NCBI RefSeq assembly: GCF_009914755.1
Contig: NC_060935.1
DNA length: 64,000 nt
From: the human T2T-CHM13v2.0 reference genome, Homo sapiens
Direction: 5' to 3' (one strand)
Below, one piece after another: positions 57,395 to 64,000 of the stretch; position 1 is the first letter of the stretch, and each line of letters starts with the position of its first letter. Made by a program: the position numbers and the translations under genes. A model generated the notes under the pieces. That model saw only the letters and a list, made by a program, of their open reading frames with translations. It did not search any database and was not told the origin of the DNA.

Positions 57395-60293
57395 GGAAGG
57401 GGCAGATGGCACTGGGGCTGCACTGAAAGCTAAAATCTCTCTGGAGCAATTAGGGTTTCTGGCTCACCACTGTTCTGGTTCCTTTTGCTGGTGGCTTTCT
57501 CTGCACCAACTCATCCAACCCCCACATTGCCAAAACAAATAAAACATAACGACAAAGCTAAAAATTCTACAGGAATTAATGTGTATACTCTTTCTTTTCT
57601 GTAATAATTCCTGTGCACAAATTAAGAATTTAAGGAGCTTTCAGAAAACTCCCCTACGCATTATTTTTTACTTCATCTTCACAGCAAGCTTGAGAGGCAG
57701 GTAAACACATATCATTATTACCGTTTCACTAATGAAGAAACCAAGGCTCAGAAGGGGTGAGGTCATGCTAAAAATCTAAACTTAGCCACCCACTGGTTTC
57801 CCCTCTGAGGATCCAAGTTCTCAGGGCAGGGAAAGTGTCTGTCCAGCTCTGGAAAATCATTCTGAAAACCCTGTGCAGTCATCAGCAGGAAAGGGAGAAG
57901 TGTTATGTGAAGTCTTCCGTGTAACTCCTAGGAGCCTCTCCTCATGGTGCCACATCCTTGCCTCTGGCATGTTCCTGAGAGCTGAGTTTGGGTTGGACAC
58001 CTCCTCTCTTTCTCCTTCCCCACAGCTTTGAAAGCCCAGCCAAGTCCTTAGCTGGGCTCACTAACTAGGCTCAGAACAAAAGACTGATCTGTCCCATAAG
58101 TCAGCACTCCAACTGGTTCAACTAGACTATCAACCCTTCACGGGAATCAATTGCTTCTCAGCAATGGCAGGTGATTGGCAGGTGCTGGGGGAGGAAGAAG
58201 GGAGTGGGGAGAGGTTGTGCGGAGCTGCAGGGAGTGGCACCAGTGTGGCCAGGGTCTGCAGGAGGTCACTAGCTCTGCTCTTCACAACCCTTAACCTTTT
58301 GAAATGACAGATACAAAATTACTTGCTGGATTTGAATTTATTCCTTTGCCTTCAACACTGGAGTTTTCCTGATGAGATGAGGGTTGACACAAGTTTTCCA
58401 GACTTCTAATCTCTGAACACTCTGAAAAAATAAAACCTCTCTGACTCTTTGGAGAATAGGTCCTAGTAAGTTTCAAAGGGCTACATCCCTGTCAATACCT
58501 TCATCCACAAATGTGAACTGTATTCAAAGCAGGTGGAAAAAAGTTCTCAATCCTTCAGGTTATAAACCTTTATGTGGGGCAAATATTGTGACTCCGTGTT
58601 ATTTTTACAGAATATAGTGACAAAAGCAAAACAGCAGGTTCACAAAGTTAGCATCTCCCTTCCTATGTGGCAAGTCTGGCTTCCATCCTGTAGGACATTG
58701 ACATGGCTTGGATGTCCCACCCCAATCTCATGTTGAACAGTGTTTCCAGGTGCTGGAGGTTGGGCCTGGTGGGAGGTGTGTGTATTACGTGGGCAGATCC
58801 CTTGTGAATGACTTGGGCCATCCCTTGCTGATGAGTGAGCTCAGGCTTTGAGTTCACATGAAATCTGGTTGTTTAAAAGTGTGTGGCACTGCCTCTGCCT
58901 CTTTCTCTTCCTCTTCCTCCTGCTCTCACCATGTGACACGCCTGCTTCTAATACAATCTGCCTGCTGTCGCTTGGCCTTCCATCATGATTGAAAGCTCCC
59001 TGAGGCCTCACCAGAGGTGGAGCAGATGCTAGCCATACTTCCTGTACAGCCTGCGTACCTTGAGCCAGTTAAACCTCTTTTCTTCATCAATTACCCAGTC
59101 TCAGGTATTTCTTTATAGCAATGCAAAAATGGCTTATTACAAGTGTGCAGGTCATTTAGGAAGAACTTGAGCAGGAGGCAAGGTAGGGAGTAGAATGAAG
59201 AGAAACAGAGGCCATACTGTGAAACCTCACCTGTCACCACCCTCTCCAGGTGTGTGTCCTTGGTGTTGGAGTAAGAGGGATTGGAAACCTCACCTCGGGA
59301 TGGCTGTGATTTTAGTCCATCCATTTCTGCAGGTGCTGGCTTCCTTTCCTTTTATGTCCCCTGAATTTCTCTGACTGCTTTTGAGATTATAGCAAGGTGA
59401 ATGGGTGGGATGATGGGGAGATTTAACTATTTCCTGGCCCCTGGAGCATCTCCAACCTCCGACTTAGCGGGCAGGGGCTGGGCTGTGGGTCATAGCCAGC
59501 CTGCGTTATCAGGGGGTGCCTGTCATTCTAACCCCCTTATCTATAGCAGACAGGTTCACACCTAACCCTTATCTCACGTAGGCTGGGGGAGTTTGTGAAA
59601 ACCCTCCTGAGCAAAGTAGCAATGACTCTTTTCACTGAACAGGCACAGCGAAGCTAAATATTTCCTTCTTACCTGCCTCTTTCCTATCCCCAGTACTCAG
59701 AGGGAGGCCGTGAGCCCCGGGGATGTTCCCTCAGTAGGTTGTGTGTTTTCATCTTGGTTTTCCACACAGGGGATGTATTTGTGTTGTCCTCAGCACCTTC
59801 TTACCTGGTGTCTTTGTGACAAAATGAGGGAGCTGGATGGGAGAGGGAGGCTCATTTTCTGGAGGTATTGAATAAAGAGGGCCTTTCCTCCATTGTTTTG
59901 GTTGAGAGTTTAATAATATGCACTGAAAGTCAGGGAGAAGTGCTGAATTGTCCTTCCCTCCTACCAAGGAAGTACCAGGCTTTGGGCTGTCTGTGATAGA
60001 ACAAGGGATGGCTCCCGAGAGCCTGGCAAACCCAAAGTAGGGGTTTGATGCAGGTGGTTCAGCATCCTGGCATGTAGGCAGCGAGTCAAGTTGAATTTGC
60101 AGTGGAGTGATAGGTGAGCTGAATTATCAACTCAGGAGTCAGGTCGACACACAGGTGTTCCGGTGAAGGCCAGGGCAAGCCGGGTCAGGCGATCCAGCCT
60201 GCAGGGTAGCCTTTCATTGGATGCTGATGCAAAGCAAGCGGCAAGCTTGGCCAGGGCCAAGTCCTGAGCACCAGGAGGACAAGGACATGGGCC
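57395..60293 (-). pseudogene. Cluster of exon remnants (5'-most recognisable part)
   Basis: FQCSPSAICP (~57400-57428); TSCRPWPHWCHSLQLRTT (58213-58266); PQPSPCPL (~59465-59490); PHFVTKTPG|gtaaga (donor 59805); GPCPCPPGAQDLALAKLAACF (60231-60293). Confidence 0.65.
58699..59141 (+). mobile_element. MST (MSTA/B-like) solo LTR
   Basis: tgacatggcttggatg...ttacccagtctcaggtatttctttatagcaatgc...taca. Confidence 0.88.
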
Positions 60294-60464
60294 AGACAAT
60301 TTATGCAAGAAAATCATGGAGAGATGTGAGTGCCAGGGGCACCACCACTACGAAGTTACACCCTGCCTCAGATCAGCTGCTTCTGTGCAGTGTAAATTTG
60401 TTCTTGATGACTTATTTGTCATTCTGTTCCCAGAGTCTTTCTGGTTCAAAACAAGATTAAGTTT

Positions 60465-60630
60465 TTTGGTTCTTGATTTTTTTAAAGAAGGATCTTGCTC
60501 TGTTGCTCGGGTTGGAGAGCAGTGGTGCCATCATAGCTCACCATAGCCTTGAATTCATGTCCTCAAGCGATCCTCCCACCTCAGCCTCCCGACGTGCTGG
60601 GACTACAGGCCTGAGCCACTGTGCCCTGAC
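60465..60630 (-). mobile_element. Alu monomer (FLAM-like)
   Basis: tcatagctcac..ctcaagcgatcctcccacctcagcctcc..tgagccactgtgccc. Confidence 0.85.
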
Positions 60631-60634
60631 CCCC

Positions 60635-62135
60635 TCATTTTCCCCAGGCATCCTTTCCTCCTCCAGCATCTCATCCAGGAGACCACATCATACTAGCTGT
60701 CGGGGATCCCTAGATTCCTCTTGGCTGTGCTGTTTTCTTGGGCTTTCCTAGTTCTTGCTGACCTTGACTATTTTCAGGAGTGCTAATTCGGTAGAACCTT
60801 CCTTTATCAGAAGGGTCCTGATGTTTTTCTCATGATGAGATGAGTTTATGCGTTTAGAGGACTAAGGGCACAGTGGTAAAATGCCGCTCATCACACCGAG
60901 TCAAGGGTACGTGCCGACCCCACTGACCGCTGTGCATGTGCCCTGATCGCCGGCCAGAGGAGCGCTGGCCGGGCGGTTTCTCCACTGTATGCAAAGGCCC
61001 CCCTTCCACGCTGCATTCTAGGAAGAAAGTCACTATGGGCAGCTCACATTTCAGAGTAAGAAGGTACGTTCCTCCTCATCGAAGGCTGAGCATCTACAGA
61101 AATTATGTGAAAAATTTTTGCATGGGAGATTTGACTTTTGTGTCCCATGTATTTATTTATTCATTTATTTATATCACTATAGACTCGTGGGCATTTATTT
61201 TCTGTTCTGTAATGTAATCCGGCATGTTATTTTGTTGCTGCAGAGCGCAGTCGTTGAGACCTCTTTCATTTCGCAGCTGTGTCCCTCTCACTTCCCTGCA
61301 TCACTGTGTGTGTGTGTGTGTGTGTAAGTATGGTTATGTGAGTGTAAGTGTGGGTATGAGTGTGTGTGTATGTGAGTGTGTATGAATGTGGGTGTGTGTA
61401 TGTGTGTGTGCGAGTGTGGGTATGTGAGTGTGTGTGTATGTTATTGTGTGTGAATGTAGGTATTTGTGTGTGTGAATGTAGTTATATCTATGTATACGTG
61501 TGTGTGTGAATGTGGGTGTGCGTGTGTGAATGTGTGTGTGTGAGTGAATGTGGGTGTGTGAGAGTGTAGGTGGATGTGTGTGAATGTGGGTGTGTGAGTG
61601 TGTGAGAGGGTGTGTGTGAATGTGAGTGTGGTTATGTGACTGTGTGTATGCACTCTCATGTAATATTTTATTACTTGCTGGCACAACAAGATGTTCCAGG
61701 CTCTTTTTTTATTTCTTGTCTTAGTCCTACTAAGTCTTAGTCCTACTAAGTCTTAGTCTTAGTCATCCATTTCTATAAGGAGCCTGGTTTCTTTTATTGC
61801 AGAATATGACCACAAATGAAGACCTGGGTGTTAGATGCATTCCTTTCTACTGGGATGTCATTGCTTCTAGGTCTTCTCAGCTGACATAGACATGTGTATG
61901 CTATCCTGTGTATATGTGCATAGTTATAAATGTTTCTGTATGTAACTATCTGTGTATAAATTAAACTAAACATGAGTTGATTCTGATATCTCTGACTCTG
62001 ATTCAGTGCCACAGGAATTATTCTAGCCTCCTCCCCCTCACCTATGTACTTCTGCTCCTACCATGAGACAACTAGCTGCTAGCATCTGCCATCCATTTAC
62101 TTAATTGTTCAATTCCAGCATACACAGTTTTGCTA
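60635..62135 (-). mobile_element. L1MC-type 3' end containing a TG-rich low-complexity expansion (61305-61650)
   Basis: Same family text as 5760-6950 (tttctccactgta..ggaagaaagtcactatg..gacctgggtgttag). Confidence 0.75.
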
Positions 62136-62381
62136 TTTTAACAGGAAAAACATAAATTCTTTCATTAAAAGAAAAAGAAAAGACAGGTAAGGTGCAGAAA
62201 AGGGAGTACAACCCCTCTCAACACAAGAACACAAAGAGAATTCCAGATTCCTGATTTCAATCATTTCAGTAGGAGAAAGGCATTAGCTAATGCTCAGAGT
62301 GGGGATGAAAGAGAGATTGTTGGAAGTTTAAATAAAGGGAAGACTGCATGACATGGGCGAGCTTATTTGTAAAAGATGCAA

Positions 62382-64000
62382 GATTGCTAACCAGCATTGA
62401 GGTAGGTTTCCATAGTTGATTGCTCACCAGTGTTGAGGCAGGTGGTCATAGTTGATTGTTAACCAGTGTTGAGGCAGGTGGTCATAGTTGATTGTTAACC
62501 GGTGTTGAGGCAGGTGGTCATAGTTGATTGTTAACCAGTGTTGAGGCAGGTGGTCATAGTTGATTGTTAACCAGTGTTGAGGCAGGTGGTCATAGTTGAT
62601 TGTTACCCAGTGTTGAGGTAAGTGGTCATAGTTGATTGTTAACCAGTGTTGAGGCAGGTGGTCATAGTTGATTGTTAACCAGTGTTGAGGCAGGTGGTCA
62701 TAGTTGATTGCTAACCAGTGTTGAGGCAGGTGGTCATAGTTGATTGTTAACCAGTGTTGAGGTAAGTGGTCATAGTTGATTGTTAACCAGTGTTGAGGCA
62801 GGTGGTCATAGCTGATTGCTAACCAGTGTTGAGGCATGTGGTCATAGTTGATTGCTAACCAGCGTTGAGGCAGGTGGTGATAGTTGATTGCTAACCAGTG
62901 TTGAGGTAAGTGGTCATAGTTGATTGCTAACCAGTGTTGAGGCAGGTGGTCATAGATGATTGTTAACCAGTGTTGAGGCAGGTGGCCATAGTTGATTGCT
63001 AACCAGCGTTGAGGTAAGTGGCCATAGTTGATTGTTAACTAGTGTTGAGGTAAGTGGTCATAGTTGATTGTTAACCAGTATTGAGGTAAGTGGCCATAGT
63101 TGATTGTTAACCAGTGTTGAGGCAGGTGGTCATAGTTGATTGTTAACCAGTGTTGAGGCAGGTGGTCATAGTTGATTGTTAACCAGTGTTGAGGCAGGTG
63201 GTCATAGTTGATTGTTAACCAGTGTTGAGGCAGGTGGTCATAGTTGATTGTTAACCAGTGTTGAGGTAAGTGGTCATAGTTCATTGTTAACCAGTGTTGA
63301 GGCAGGTGGTCATAGCTGATTGCTAACCAGTGTTGAGGTAAGTGGTCATAGTTGATTGTTAACCAGTGTTGAGGTAGGTGGTCATAGTTGATTGCTCACC
63401 AGTGTTGAGGCAGGTGGTCATAGTTGATTGCTAACCAGTGTTGAGGCAGGTGGTCATAGTTGATTGTTAACCAGTGTTGAGGCAGGTGGTCATAGTTGAT
63501 TGTTAACCAGTGTTGAGGCAGGTGGTCATAGTTGATTGTTAACCAGTGTTGAGGTAGGTGGTCATAGTTGATTGTTAACCAGTGTTGAGGCAGGTGGTCA
63601 TAGTTAATTGTTAACCAGTGTTGAGGTAAGTGGTCATAGTTGATTGTTAACCAGCGTTGAGGTAGGTGGTCATAGTTGATTGTTAACTAGTGTTGAGGTA
63701 GGTGGTCATAGTTGATTGTTAACCAGTGTTGAGGCAGATGGTCATAGTTGATTGTTAACCAGTGTTGAGGTAGGTGGCCATAGTTGATTGTTAACCAGTG
63801 TTGAGGCAGGTGGTCATAGTTGATTGTTAACGAGTGTTGAGGTAGGTGGTCATAGTTGATTGTTAACGAGTGTTGAGGTAGGTGGTCATAGTTGATTGTT
63901 AACCAGTGTTGAGGTAGGTGGCCATAGTTGATTGCTAACCAGTGTTGAGGTAAGTGGTCATAGTTGATTGTTAACCAGTGTTGAGGCAGGTGGTCATAGT
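62382..64000. repeat. 36-bp minisatellite/VNTR, about 45 units visible, continuing past the window end
   Basis: Unit AACCAGTGTTGAGGCAGGTGGTCATAGTTGATTGTT, head to tail with point variants and no spacers. Confidence 0.98.

Noticed and set aside
61334-61689. His/Thr-rich ORFs
   Set aside because: Translation of a TG low-complexity tract
62140-62381. Possible LTR from which the VNTR arose
   Set aside because: I could not assign a family from the sequence alone
62382-64000. CRISPR array (36-bp repeat length)
   Set aside because: Units are head to tail with no unique spacers, there are no cas genes, and the context is primate DNA

Overview
Primate (human or ape-like; AluY present) genomic DNA with no intact protein-coding gene, RNA gene or CRISPR array that I can support. 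Much of the window is interspersed repeat: Alu, L1, L2, MIR, MaLR/ERVL LTRs including a full-length THE1 element, and MER44. It ends in a 36-bp minisatellite that runs off the right edge. The main non-repeat signal lies on the minus strand across about 0.4-60.3 kb: the unique, GC-richer islands between repeats repeatedly translate (with frameshifts and stops) into fragments of the Cys-rich GCC2/GCC3 (Ephrin_rec_like) repeat, i.e. CPxGxYCxxG / PCPPGTFSxxxGLxxxxxCxxCPAG / GLxxPxGxC. Many fragments are bounded by AG/GT splice signals. I interpret this as a heavily decayed, multi-exon, unprocessed (probably unitary) pseudogene of a giant extracellular GCC2/GCC3-repeat protein, read right to left and probably extending past the left edge. 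All calls are by eye: repeat subfamilies and exon edges are approximate, and single weak remnants could be chance matches.
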